Positions 29,655 to 39,465 of a DNA stretch of 39,465 nucleotides are shown here, piece after piece. Position numbers and translations under genes: made by a program. Position 1 is the stretch's first letter, and each line of letters begins with the position of its first letter. The DNA comes from an uncultured bacterium (GTDB lineage Bacteria; Calditrichota; Calditrichia; RBG-13-44-9): NCBI GenBank assembly GCA_965370645.1, contig CBDUVK010000003.1, positions 1 to 39,465 on the forward strand. The letters run 5' to 3'. The notes under the pieces are model-generated. The model was not told where the DNA came from, made no database searches, and saw only the letters and a list, made by a program, of their open reading frames with translations.

Positions 29655-30671
29655 ATGTCTATTGAAGTCAATGAAGAACAAAAAGTATTCATGGTGGACA
29701 AAATTGATCCGATTCTGCTTTATGGAATTGGAGATGTCAATCTAAAACTAATCGAAAAAAATTTCTCTGTTCAAATCGTCGCACGAGGTAATCAGATTAA
29801 AATTAAAGGCCCCTCTGCAGCTGTCAAAACGGTGGAAGATGTATTGAGTGAACTTATATTTATTGCCAATAAGAATAGTACATTGGAAGAACATGATGTG
29901 GAAACGGTAATCAATATTGCCCGGGCAAATTCCGGCATAATTCCGGGAGAGAAAAGTGCCCGGACTACCCATACCAGTAAGGATCTGGAAGAGGTAATCT
30001 TGTTTACCCAGAGAGGCTTTATTAAACCACGAACTCAGGGTCAGAAGCGTATTGTGGATATGACTCGCGAACATGATATCGTGGTGGTTATCGGGCCGGC
30101 CGGGACAGGTAAAACATATCTGGCAGTGGCGTTATCTGTGAACAGCCTGAAAAATAAAGAGGTCGATCGTATAGTTTTGGCCAGACCTGCTGTAGAAGCA
30201 GGCGAGAGTCTCGGATTTTTACCGGGAGATTATAAGGAAAAAATAGATCCCTATTTGCGGCCCCTCTATGATGCTTTGGAGGATATGCTCCCAAAAGAAT
30301 TGTTGAAAAAATATATGGAACAGCGGATTATCGAAGTCATCCCCCTGGCATACATGCGAGGTCGAACTTTGAATAATGCATTCGTCATCCTGGATGAGGC
30401 TCAGAATTCCACATCCATGCAAATGAAAATGTGCCTTACACGTTTGGGAGTTAACTCCCGTGCCATAATCAATGGTGATATTACTCAGGTAGACCTGCCA
30501 TCATCCTCTCAGTCGGGTTTGATCGAAATTCAGGATGTTCTGTCTGGTATTCAGGGCATTGAGTTTGTATATATGAACCGTTCTGATGTTGTCCGCCATC
30601 GATTGGTGCGTGATATCATCAATGCTTATGATCACCGCAATAATAAAAACTCGGAGCATAAGGATGACTAA
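29655..30671 (+). CDS. phoH: PhoH-family ATPase
   Basis: GPAGTGKT, RPAVEAGE, AYMRGRTL, LDEAQN, VVRHRLV. Confidence 0.95.
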   Translation: MSIEVNEEQKVFMVDKIDPILLYGIGDVNLKLIEKNFSVQIVARGNQIKIKGPSAAVKTVEDVLSELIFIANKNSTLEEHDVETVINIARANSGIIPGEKSARTTHTSKDLEEVILFTQRGFIKPRTQGQKRIVDMTREHDIVVVIGPAGTGKTYLAVALSVNSLKNKEVDRIVLARPAVEAGESLGFLPGDYKEKIDPYLRPLYDALEDMLPKELLKKYMEQRIIEVIPLAYMRGRTLNNAFVILDEAQNSTSMQMKMCLTRLGVNSRAIINGDITQVDLPSSSQSGLIEIQDVLSGIQGIEFVYMNRSDVVRHRLVRDIINAYDHRNNKNSEHKDD

Positions 30672-31851
30672 TGTGAATGAGGTTGTCATTGTAAATGCGG
30701 TGCGGACACCAATTGGCGCATTTAATGGAATGCTGGCTTCTATAGCTGCTCCCCGACTTGGCAGTATTGTGATTAAGGAGGTAATCGATAGATCCGGAGT
30801 GAAACCAGATCAGGTAGATGAGGTAATAATGGGTAATGTTTTATCTGCCGGTGAAGGTCAGGCTCCGGCCAGACAGGCTGCCATTTATGCGGGTTTACCG
30901 ACATCTGTCGGTTGCATGACAATTAACAAAGTATGTGGTTCAGGCTTAAAAGCGGTGATGTTGGCAGCTCAGGCGATTGCTCTCGGTGATGCTGATATAG
31001 TTGTTGCCGGTGGCATGGAGAGCATGTCAAATGTTCCCTATTACCTGCCGAAAGCACGGTTTGGGTTACGAATGGGGCACAGTGAAGTGCTGGATGGTAT
31101 GATTCATGATGGATTGTGGGATATATATAATGATTTTCATATGGGAAATGCTGCTGAGATGTGTGCACGTGAATGTAAAATACCCAGGGAATCACAGGAT
31201 GAATTTGCTCTTTTAAGCTATCAGAGGGCCCTAAAAGCCCAGGAGAAGGGTTGGTTCAAGGAAGAAATAATACCGGTGCCTGTCAAGAGTAAAAAAGAAG
31301 AATTGATAGTACAGGAAGATGAAGAGCCCAAAAAAGTCAAATTTGATAAAATCAGGTCATTGAGACCGGCATTTGAGAAGGATGGTACCGTAACGGCAGC
31401 AAATGCATCTAAAATTAATGATGGTGCTGCGGCTGTATTGATCATGTCCCGTAAGAAAGCTGAAGAACTCGGGTTAACCCCTATGGCAAAAATTATCTCT
31501 TACTCGACTGCCGCCAAAGATCCGGAGTGGTTTACAACTGCCCCGGCTGATGCGATTGGCCAGTTGCTAAATAAGACTGGTCTGTCCCATACAGATATTG
31601 ATTTATTTGAGATTAATGAAGCATTTGCAGTGGTTAGTTTGGCAGTAAACCAATTATTGGGATTGGATGCGGAGAAAGTAAATATTGCCGGTGGGGCTGT
31701 TGCACTGGGACATCCCATTGGTGCAAGTGGTGCAAGGATTCTAACCACGTTGCTGTTTAACTTGAAACGAACTCAAAAGAAAAAGGGTATTGCATCTCTG
31801 TGCATCGGCGGAGGAGAAGCGGTGGCAGTATTGATTGAAATGCTCTGGTAA
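30664..31851 (+). CDS. Acetyl-CoA C-acetyltransferase (thiolase)
   Basis: RTPIG, INKVCGSG, NEAFA, GHPIGASG, CIGGG; ATG at 30664 overlaps the phoH end. Confidence 0.96.
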   Translation: MTNVNEVVIVNAVRTPIGAFNGMLASIAAPRLGSIVIKEVIDRSGVKPDQVDEVIMGNVLSAGEGQAPARQAAIYAGLPTSVGCMTINKVCGSGLKAVMLAAQAIALGDADIVVAGGMESMSNVPYYLPKARFGLRMGHSEVLDGMIHDGLWDIYNDFHMGNAAEMCARECKIPRESQDEFALLSYQRALKAQEKGWFKEEIIPVPVKSKKEELIVQEDEEPKKVKFDKIRSLRPAFEKDGTVTAANASKINDGAAAVLIMSRKKAEELGLTPMAKIISYSTAAKDPEWFTTAPADAIGQLLNKTGLSHTDIDLFEINEAFAVVSLAVNQLLGLDAEKVNIAGGAVALGHPIGASGARILTTLLFNLKRTQKKKGIASLCIGGGEAVAVLIEMLW

Positions 31852-32094
31852 AATATCCTTGTCGGATATTTAAAGAGATATCAGCCTGGGTAATTATGCA
31901 ATGTATAGCAGTGGAATTTGTAGATTTTTGAAGATTAAGAAATTTATCCATCTTAAAAGTGCTTTTTTAGGGAATAAAAAATTGTTAAAATAGACCTGTA
32001 CATAGATAGGTAAAAATGGTTACTACGATGAGGCAAGTTTACAAAAAAAAGGAAGCAATCATATTTGATTTGAAACACGAGAGATATTATCGCA

Positions 32095-32622
32095 ATGTTT
32101 AATATGGATAAAGAATACATTGAACCGTTTGATCACAAGGATGGAGATCAAATTTTGTCCCGGAGACAGGCGCGCAGATTTGCGCTTCAGGTATTATTTT
32201 GTAATGAGTTTTTAAGGGAAGATGTCCGAGAAGTTACCCATCGTGTAGCCGACACCCTTAGCCATGAATTAGATGGTTTTAGTGAAGAAATCATTTATAA
32301 AACCTACCGAAAGCGGCATCAACTGGATGTCATAATTATCAGTGGACTTGTTGATCGAAATATTAAACGAGTACCTTTACTGGAAAAGGTATTAATTCGC
32401 ATGGCCTTGTGCGAATTAATGCAATTTCCTGACATCCCCATTGAGGTAACCCTAAATGAAGCAGTAGACCTGAGTAAAGAATTCACCAGTATCAAAAGTA
32501 GCCGGTTTGTGAACGGAATACTGGATACTCTGGTTAAAATGTTGGAGAAGGAAAATAAATTAAATAAAAGTCTCATCGCCCGCTTGCCACCTGCCAAAAT
32601 GAAACCTCATAAAATCGGTTAA
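32095..32622 (+). CDS. nusB: Transcription antitermination factor NusB
   Basis: SRRQARRFALQVLF, VTLNEAVDLSKEF, FVNGILD. Confidence 0.93.
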   Translation: MFNMDKEYIEPFDHKDGDQILSRRQARRFALQVLFCNEFLREDVREVTHRVADTLSHELDGFSEEIIYKTYRKRHQLDVIIISGLVDRNIKRVPLLEKVLIRMALCELMQFPDIPIEVTLNEAVDLSKEFTSIKSSRFVNGILDTLVKMLEKENKLNKSLIARLPPAKMKPHKIG

Positions 32623-32633
32623 GGGTAATCATA

Positions 32634-33353
32634 GTGAAAATCGTAGTTATCTCAGATATACATGCAAATCTTGCAGCATTACAACAAGCCATTAACTATA
32701 TCAAGGAAATTAAGCCCGATAAAATTGTCTGTCTGGGAGATATCGTAGGTTACGGGCCACGTCCCAACGAATGCGTGGAAATTATTCATCAAAATTGTCA
32801 AATTTGTTTAATGGGAAATCACGACCACGCGGTCCTGGGTTTAACAGATACCTATCATTTCAACCAATACGCCCGTGAGGCAATTAACTGGACGCGACGA
32901 ACCCTGACAATCCAAAATAAGGCCTACCTGGAAGGTCTAACCTTTTCACATCATGAAAATGAAGTTCTCTACGTGCACAGTACGCCTTCACATCCGGAAG
33001 AATGGCATTACATTTTGTCAGAATTCGAAGCGCGACAATATTTAGAACAGATCAAACAGAATATCTGTTTTGTGGGACATTCCCATATTCCCATCGTATT
33101 TGGTACGGAAAATAAACCAATGTACGAGGAAGAAATTGAGCTGGACTATAAAAATAACAAATATATCATTAATGTTGGTAGTGTGGGACAACCTCGCGAT
33201 GGGGATCCCCGTCTCTGTTTTGCCATCTATGATACAGTTTCCGGGATATTGAAGTTCATTCGGCTTGAATATTCGGTTCAGGAAACCTACAATGAAATAT
33301 TAGAAAACCAACTTCCCCCTTTCCTCGCCATGCGTTTATTCGCCGGACATTAA
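32634..33353 (+). CDS. Calcineurin-like metallophosphoesterase
   Basis: SDIHAN, GDIVGYG, GNHD, GHSH, NVGSVGQPRDGD. Confidence 0.94.
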   Translation: MKIVVISDIHANLAALQQAINYIKEIKPDKIVCLGDIVGYGPRPNECVEIIHQNCQICLMGNHDHAVLGLTDTYHFNQYAREAINWTRRTLTIQNKAYLEGLTFSHHENEVLYVHSTPSHPEEWHYILSEFEARQYLEQIKQNICFVGHSHIPIVFGTENKPMYEEEIELDYKNNKYIINVGSVGQPRDGDPRLCFAIYDTVSGILKFIRLEYSVQETYNEILENQLPPFLAMRLFAGH

Positions 33354-33479
33354 TGTTTCTTCTTACATATCCGGTTGCTTCATTTTTTCTATCATGTTAA
33401 TTTTGTGCTTAGAATGAACTTTTTTGGCGTATTGCCGTTTTTAAACATGCTTTTTTAAGATAATCAACCTGAGGTTTAA

Positions 33480-36400
33480 ATGATTAGTACCCTTATTTCC
33501 AAGTTATTTGGAAGCAAGAACGAACGGGAATTAAAAAAAGTCTGGCCTATTGTCGATATCATTAATGAACATTTCGAATCCTATAAAAGTCTCAGTGATG
33601 AAGAGCTCCAAGGGAAAACCGAAGAGTTTCGGGAAAGATTAGCTGCCGGTGAAACAATGGATGATATTCTTCCTGAGGCCTTTGCCGTCGTCAAAGATGC
33701 CTGCCGCCGAATGGTTGGCAAAAGCTGGATCGTGACCGGTCATGAAATGGAATGGGACATGATCCCTTTCGATGTACAGTTGATTGGCGCTTATGCTTTA
33801 CACCAGGGTAAAATAGCTGAAATGGCCACTGGCGAAGGTAAAACCCTGGTTGCAACCATGCCACTCTATCTCAATGCTCTGGAAGGAAAGAGTTCTCATC
33901 TGGTGACTGTAAATGATTATCTCGCTCAGCGTGATGCCGAATGGATGGGTGAGATTTACAAATTTTTAGGTCTCTCGGTTGGAATTATCTTGAATCAAAT
34001 GGATAGTAAAAAACGCCAGGAGGAATATTCCTGTGATATCACCTATGGAACCAATAATGAGTTTGGATTCGATTATCTGCGAGATAATATGGCGGTCACT
34101 CCGGAAGACATCGTCCAGGTTAGAGGTCATCATTTTGGGATCGTAGATGAGGTGGACAATATACTCATTGATGAAGCCCGAACACCCCTGATTATCTCCG
34201 GTCCACTGGATATTTCCACACATACCTATGATGAGGTACGTCCATTGGTTGACCGCCTGGTTCGCGAACAGACCCGATATGTCAATTCGTTAATCGCAGA
34301 GGCAGAAAAATTATTTGAAAAAGATGAAGATGGAGAGGCGGCTGTTAAATTACTCATTTCTCAGCATGGTTCTCCAAAAAATCGACGACTCCTCAAACTT
34401 TTTCAGCAGCAGGGCATCCGCAAGATGGTTTTCGATATGGAAAGCAATTTCATGCGGGATAAAAAGTTGCACGAAATTACAGAGCAACTGTACTATGCTA
34501 TTGATGAAAAAAGTCATGTCATCGATTTAACCGATAAAGGGCGCAATTTTCTGTCACCCAATAATCCGGAGGAATTTATCCTTCCTGATTTGCCGGAGAT
34601 ATTCTCTTCTATTGAAGGAGATGAATCTGTTGATGCCATGGAGAAGGTAGAACGCAAGAATAAAATTCAGAATGAATATATTCAAAAGAATGAAAAAATT
34701 CATAATATCTCCCAGCTGTTGAAAGCTTATTCACTGTTTGAAAAGGATGTTGATTATGTGGTAACGGATGGGAAGGTGATGATTGTTGACGAGTTTACCG
34801 GTAGGATTATGCACGGCCGGCGCTACAGCGATGGTTTACATCAGGCACTGGAGGCGAAGGAAAATGTAAAAATAGAGCGTGAAACTCAGACTTTGGCAAC
34901 GATTACGCTGCAAAATTATTTTCGGATGTACGATAAACTTTCCGGGATGACCGGAACAGCCGAAACTGAGGCAGCTGAATTCTGGGATATTTATAAATTG
35001 GATGTTGTGGTGATTCCTACCAATAGACCTATCAGGCGTATAGATAGTAACGATGTTATTTACCGTACAAAGCGTGAGAAGTACGCCGCAGTGATTGATG
35101 AAATTGAACGTTTGAATAAGGCGGGGAGACCGATTCTATTAGGTACAATTTCTGTAGAGGTCTCCGAAACACTTGGTCGAATGTTAAAGAGACGTGGAAT
35201 TCCTCATAATGTTTTGAACGCCAAATACCATAAACAGGAAGCAGAGATTATAAAACAGGCGGGGCAAAAGGGGTCAGTAACCATTGCAACCAATATGGCC
35301 GGTCGGGGAACAGATATTAAGCTTGGGAAGGGCGTCGTTCAATGTGAGGATGGCTGTTATCTTAAAAATGTAGAAGGTCGCGAAGTGCCCGCCGATGTAG
35401 ATGTTGAGGCATGTAAGAAAGATATGCCCTGTGGCCTTCAGATTGTGGGGACGGAAAGGCATGAATCCCGGCGCATCGATCGGCAGCTTAGGGGTCGTTC
35501 AGGACGTCAGGGAGATCCGGGTGGTAGCCTGTTCTTCCTCAGTTTGGAAGATGAACTTATGAGATTATTTGGCTCAGATCGCATGATCAATATCATGGAC
35601 CGCCTTGGTGCGAAAGAGGGAGAGGCCATTACTCACCGGATGGTGACCCGGGCCATAGAAAAGGCACAGAAAAGGGTAGAGGGGCAGAATTTCAGCATTC
35701 GTAAGCACCTTCTGGAATATGATGATGTGATGAATAAGCAGAGGGAGGTTATTTACGAGCGCCGGCGTAAAGCGCTATTGCAGGAAAATGTAAAAGAAGA
35801 AATCCTTGAAGTTATGGAAGAGTTCCTGGATGCCCAGTTCGAAAAATATATTGCTGATAAACAGCAGACAGAAGACTGGGATATTGAAGGATTGAGCGAA
35901 ATATTGATAAGAACGTTGCTGGTCGATATTCAATCTCTTGGCGACCAACTTTATGGGATGAATGAACAGGACTTTCGGGAGCATGTAAAAGCTGAAGCCC
36001 AAAAAGTCTATTCTCTTAAAGAACAAAAGCTCGGTGAGAAATTTCTCAGAGATTTCGAAAAATATATCTTGTTACGGGTGGTTGATGAAAACTGGAAGGA
36101 CCATCTCCATCAGATGGATATGTTAAAGGAAGGTATCGGTCTGCGGGCATATGGGCAGAAAGATCCTCTTATTGAATACAAGCAGGAAGCCTTTCATATG
36201 TTCGTGGATATGTTAGATAAGATCAATCAAAAAGTGCTGGAGATGATGTGGCGGACTCAGATAGTTGAAGCGCCCCGGGAACATCGCTATGCACCGCCAC
36301 GGTTGATGTTGGTTCACAATGATGCCACCAACCTGGGGTACCAGGGTGGTGAAGAAACTGCTGCCCCCGAAAGGGATCTCACGGACATACAAAAAGCCGG

Positions 36401-36518
36401 TCAACAACGTAGTCAAAAGAGTCAGCCTGTCAAACGGGATATGCCCAAAGTAGGGCGGAACGATCCTTGTCCCTGTGGGAGTGGAAAGAAATACAAAAAA
36501 TGTCACGGAAAAGCCTGA
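33480..36518 (+). CDS. secA: Preprotein translocase ATPase SecA
   Basis: [36 protein letters not shown]-terminal [13 protein letters not shown]. Confidence 0.99.
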   Translation: MISTLISKLFGSKNERELKKVWPIVDIINEHFESYKSLSDEELQGKTEEFRERLAAGETMDDILPEAFAVVKDACRRMVGKSWIVTGHEMEWDMIPFDVQLIGAYALHQGKIAEMATGEGKTLVATMPLYLNALEGKSSHLVTVNDYLAQRDAEWMGEIYKFLGLSVGIILNQMDSKKRQEEYSCDITYGTNNEFGFDYLRDNMAVTPEDIVQVRGHHFGIVDEVDNILIDEARTPLIISGPLDISTHTYDEVRPLVDRLVREQTRYVNSLIAEAEKLFEKDEDGEAAVKLLISQHGSPKNRRLLKLFQQQGIRKMVFDMESNFMRDKKLHEITEQLYYAIDEKSHVIDLTDKGRNFLSPNNPEEFILPDLPEIFSSIEGDESVDAMEKVERKNKIQNEYIQKNEKIHNISQLLKAYSLFEKDVDYVVTDGKVMIVDEFTGRIMHGRRYSDGLHQALEAKENVKIERETQTLATITLQNYFRMYDKLSGMTGTAETEAAEFWDIYKLDVVVIPTNRPIRRIDSNDVIYRTKREKYAAVIDEIERLNKAGRPILLGTISVEVSETLGRMLKRRGIPHNVLNAKYHKQEAEIIKQAGQKGSVTIATNMAGRGTDIKLGKGVVQCEDGCYLKNVEGREVPADVDVEACKKDMPCGLQIVGTERHESRRIDRQLRGRSGRQGDPGGSLFFLSLEDELMRLFGSDRMINIMDRLGAKEGEAITHRMVTRAIEKAQKRVEGQNFSIRKHLLEYDDVMNKQREVIYERRRKALLQENVKEEILEVMEEFLDAQFEKYIADKQQTEDWDIEGLSEILIRTLLVDIQSLGDQLYGMNEQDFREHVKAEAQKVYSLKEQKLGEKFLRDFEKYILLRVVDENWKDHLHQMDMLKEGIGLRAYGQKDPLIEYKQEAFHMFVDMLDKINQKVLEMMWRTQIVEAPREHRYAPPRLMLVHNDATNLGYQGGEETAAPERDLTDIQKAGQQRSQKSQPVKRDMPKVGRNDPCPCGSGKKYKKCHGKA

Positions 36519-36652
36519 TCCTGTTTTATTATTTGATAGACCAAACCTTCTCAGGGCAGTTCGTATTAGTGGGAAATTAGCACTAACGAAAATTTCTTTT
36601 CCCCTTACCGGACTTTATCCTTATATTTTCACTTCAAAAATATATTAATCTG

Positions 36653-37429
36653 ATGAATCTTCTACCTGAAAAATTTCTGAGTGCCGGTTTATTTCTGCTT
36701 CTCATCACTCCTCTCAGCCTGACTATTGTAAATGCACAGGATCTTCCTGATCCTCCCGAACAATGGGTTGCGGATTATGCAGGTCTACTTTCGGAAAGAG
36801 AAGAAAATCGTCTGAATTCTATGCTTCATGTTTATGAAGATACAACCTCAAACCAGTTGATTGTTGCCACCTTCCAAAATGCTCAGGGATATGCTGTGGA
36901 AGATTTTACCATCCGGCTGGCAGAAAAATGGCTGGTTGGTCAGAAGAGTCGTGATAATGGAATTATTTTGGCCATCTTTATTGATGAGCGTAAGATAAGG
37001 GTGGAAGTGGGATATGGTTTAGAAGATGTTGTACCTGATGCGGTTGCCATTCAAATTGCCCAGAATGTTATTTCACCCTTTTTTAAGGAAGGTAAGTATC
37101 AACAAGGCGTCTTTGAGGGTGTGAATGCATTGATGCAGGCAGCAGCCGGGAAGTACGAGGGGATGGTGAAGAAGAGATCCGGCAAGGAAACTAAAGTTAG
37201 ATTGCCCTATGTCTTCATCATCTTCATCTTTATCTTCATTCTCTCTCTGTTCAGACGTCGGAGATTTTCCAGTGTCAGTTCCCGCGGATACCGAAATAGC
37301 GGCCCCTTCTGGTGGGGGGGTGTTGGTGGTGGTAGAGGTGGAGGTTTTGGAGGTGGCAGCTTCGGAGGAGGAGGTTTTGGCGGCGGTGGTGGCAGTTTTG
37401 GGGGTGGGGGTGCCACAGGGAGTTGGTAG
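36653..37429 (+). CDS. TPM-domain membrane protein (YgcG-like) with Gly-rich tail
   Basis: VADYAGLL, DNGIIL, RVEVGYGLE, TM helix, GGGSFGGGGATGSW end. Confidence 0.92.
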   Translation: MNLLPEKFLSAGLFLLLITPLSLTIVNAQDLPDPPEQWVADYAGLLSEREENRLNSMLHVYEDTTSNQLIVATFQNAQGYAVEDFTIRLAEKWLVGQKSRDNGIILAIFIDERKIRVEVGYGLEDVVPDAVAIQIAQNVISPFFKEGKYQQGVFEGVNALMQAAAGKYEGMVKKRSGKETKVRLPYVFIIFIFIFILSLFRRRRFSSVSSRGYRNSGPFWWGGVGGGRGGGFGGGSFGGGGFGGGGGSFGGGGATGSW

Positions 37430-37458
37430 GACAAATTTAAATCTTAAATTTAAAAATT

Positions 37459-37911
37459 ATGAACACGATAAGGTCTAATAACCCGGCTAATTTTTTTTCT
37501 GAAATCGAAAAAAAAGATATCATGGAAGCTATCCGGAATGCAGAGAAACAGACATCCGGAGAAATCAGATTACATCTGGAGAAAAAATCAAAAGGAAAAA
37601 TTTTTGAACGGGCGGTCAAGGTGTTCCGGAAAATTAGAATGCAACGGACCGAAAAGAGGAATGGTGTACTTATCTATTTAGCCACGATTGATCACCAATT
37701 TGTCATTTTGGGAGATAAAGGTATTAATGATGTGGTTCCGGAAAATTTCTGGGAAGATATTGCAGAATTGATGGCAGAAAATTTCAAGAAGAACAAATTT
37801 TCCGGGGGACTTTGTGAGGGGATCACCCTCATTGGAGAAAAATTGAAATCCCATTTTCCTTTCCAAGAAGATGATGTGAACGAACTGCCAGATGACATAT
37901 CAATTAATTAA
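37459..37911 (+). CDS. TPM-domain protein
   Basis: AEKQTSGEIR, RNGVLIYL, GDKGI, DVNELPD. Confidence 0.92.
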   Translation: MNTIRSNNPANFFSEIEKKDIMEAIRNAEKQTSGEIRLHLEKKSKGKIFERAVKVFRKIRMQRTEKRNGVLIYLATIDHQFVILGDKGINDVVPENFWEDIAELMAENFKKNKFSGGLCEGITLIGEKLKSHFPFQEDDVNELPDDISIN

Positions 37912-37914
37912 GAT

Positions 37915-37944
37915 TTGACCTTGTTTATTAAAATGCTTTATGAT
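37915..37944 (+). promoter_or_regulatory. Possible sigma70 promoter for the transporter
   Basis: TTGACC-N18-TATGAT. Confidence 0.4.
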
Positions 37945-38017
37945 TATTCATTTAGCCGGAAGCAAATTATCATAATTTATTGATATTTAAAGAAATATGT
38001 AGAGAATTAAGGTAGAA

Positions 38018-38083
38018 GTCATTGCGAGGAGTGATAGCGACGACCTGTACGCCTTGCCAGACGGGCGCTGCGCTCGCAATGAC
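38018..38083. repeat. GC-rich palindromic element (RPE/REP-like miniature repeat)
   Basis: Perfect 11-bp terminal inverted repeat GTCATTGCGAG...CTCGCAATGAC with an inner imperfect stem, in an AT-rich intergenic region. Confidence 0.7.
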
Positions 38084-38146
38084 ATGTCATTGGTTTCGGA
38101 GCTAGGGCAATTATCACTAAATGTATTTGATATTCGGAGGGTGAGA

Positions 38147-39465
38147 ATGACAGTGAATACCAATGATCGCGGTCAATGGAGTTCCAAGCTTGGTTTTATC
38201 TTTGCAGCAGCAGGATCTGCTATTGGTTTGGGAAATATCTGGCGTTTTCCTTATGTAACCGGTGTGAATGGCGGTGCAGCATTTGTCTTTGTTTATCTGC
38301 TCTGTGTGTTAGTCATTGGGTTACCGTACCTCTATGCAGAACTTGCGTTGGGCCGGGCAATTCAAAAAAACCCGGTGGGAGCTATCTCTTCACTTAAGCC
38401 TAAAAGCGCCTGGATTTGGGTAGGCGGTCTGGGTATTATTACCGGTTTATTTATTCTTTCCTACTATGCAGTTATTGCCGGCTGGACATTTGGATATATA
38501 TTTAAAATGATGATCCCGAATGAATTAAGTTTTGGTGATTTTGTCGCGAATCCTTACCTGGTGGTTCTTTTATTTTTTCTGTTTATGGTATTGACTATCG
38601 CAGTGGTATATGGGGGTATTCAGGGGGGAATAGAAAAGTGGACCAAAATTCTGATGCCGGTTTTATTGATACTTTTGATCGTTCTCATCGTGTATTCAAA
38701 TTTACTTCCCGGGTCTGGTAAAGGATTATCATTCTACCTGAAACCTGATTTCAGTAAAATTAATGGCAAGGTAATTCTGGCTGCATTGGGTCAGGCATTT
38801 TTTTCTATGAGTTTAGGAATGGGCCTCATGGTGACCTACGGAAGCTATATTTCCAAGAAGGATAATCTGATCTCTTCCGGAATTTACGTTGCACTGGCAG
38901 ATACCGGAATTGCTATCATGAGCGGACTGATAATATTCCCGGCCCTGTTTGCTATGAATCAGGATCCTGCAGCCGGACCTGGATTGGTTTTTAATGTTTT
39001 TCCCGCTATTTTTAAGAATATGCCCTTTGGGATTGTGGTCGGGGTGGTCTTCTTTATTTTACTTTCCATTGCGGCCCTGACGTCTACCATCTCACTGCTG
39101 GAGGTTCCCACTTCTTTTCTGGTTGATGAGAAGAAGATCGCCAGGAAAGTAGCTGTCTGGGTGGTTGGGATAACGGTCTTTGTTCTGGGACTGCCTTCTG
39201 CTCTCTCACAAGGGGCGGTGAGTTGGTTAAGCAAGCCTATCGCGGGAGGTATGGATTTCCTCTCATTGATGGATTTTTTATGGGGTAACCTTTCGCTTGC
39301 ATTCGGAGCATTCCTGCTTTCCATTTTCGTAGGTTGGGTTTGGGGAGCTAAGCATGCGTCAAAAGAACTGGCGATTGGTAATCCCGGTTTTACAAAATGG
39401 GCCCCACTCTGGGGATTTCTCATCCGATTTATTTCACCCATTACCATTTTTATCATCCTTCTTAA
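38147..39465 (+). CDS. NSS/SNF-family sodium-dependent transporter, 3'-truncated by window edge (absent from the ORF track)
   Basis: GGAGG RBS; MTVNTNDRGQWSSKLGFIFAAAGSAIGLGNIWRFPY..NGGAAF, ALGQAFFSMSLG, AALTSTISLLEV; frame runs off the end. Confidence 0.96.
   Translation, partial: MTVNTNDRGQWSSKLGFIFAAAGSAIGLGNIWRFPYVTGVNGGAAFVFVYLLCVLVIGLPYLYAELALGRAIQKNPVGAISSLKPKSAWIWVGGLGIITGLFILSYYAVIAGWTFGYIFKMMIPNELSFGDFVANPYLVVLLFFLFMVLTIAVVYGGIQGGIEKWTKILMPVLLILLIVLIVYSNLLPGSGKGLSFYLKPDFSKINGKVILAALGQAFFSMSLGMGLMVTYGSYISKKDNLISSGIYVALADTGIAIMSGLIIFPALFAMNQDPAAGPGLVFNVFPAIFKNMPFGIVVGVVFFILLSIAALTSTISLLEVPTSFLVDEKKIARKVAVWVVGITVFVLGLPSALSQGAVSWLSKPIAGGMDFLSLMDFLWGNLSLAFGAFLLSIFVGWVWGAKHASKELAIGNPGFTKWAPLWGFLIRFISPITIFIILL

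Noticed and set aside
34230-34700. Long insertion in the SecA preprotein cross-linking domain
   Set aside because: Similar insertions are familiar in Bacteroidota/Chlorobi/Chlamydia-type SecA; useful for taxonomy but not novel.
37207-37478. Pro-rich antisense ORF and GGN repeats
   Set aside because: Shadow of the normal Gly-rich tail of the TPM protein.
38959-39456. 165-aa minus-strand ORF, and the other short overlapping ORFs in the track
   Set aside because: Antisense or alternate-frame shadows of well-supported + strand genes with no recognisable motifs.

Overview
Bacterial chromosomal window with every real gene on the + strand. Taxon is not certain: the SecA insertion, V-ATPase type and Agl/Glt-like cluster are compatible with an FCB/Calditrichota-like diderm. 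It opens inside an F1F0 ATP synthase operon (atpB...atpE-F-H-A-G-D-C). That operon is split between atpB and atpE by a ~9 kb cassette encoding a V/A-type ATPase (E, DUF2764/C-like, A, B, D, I, K) plus a tandem-USP gene. The cassette is bracketed by reciprocal decayed copies of the atpB-atpE junction: a dead atpE 5' end on the left and a dead atpB 3' end on the right, which reads as an integration scar. The V rotor subunit K has a Na+-binding signature, whereas the F rotor subunit c is H+-type. Directly downstream is a 7-gene cluster resembling the Agl-Glt core (two large TPR proteins, GltF-like protein, ExbB/AglR, two ExbD, TonB/GltG-like). It is followed by aspS, a coiled-coil lipoprotein plus double-LysM pair, phoH, a thiolase, nusB, a metallophosphoesterase, secA, two TPM proteins, a palindromic repeat element and a partial NSS-family Na+ symporter.
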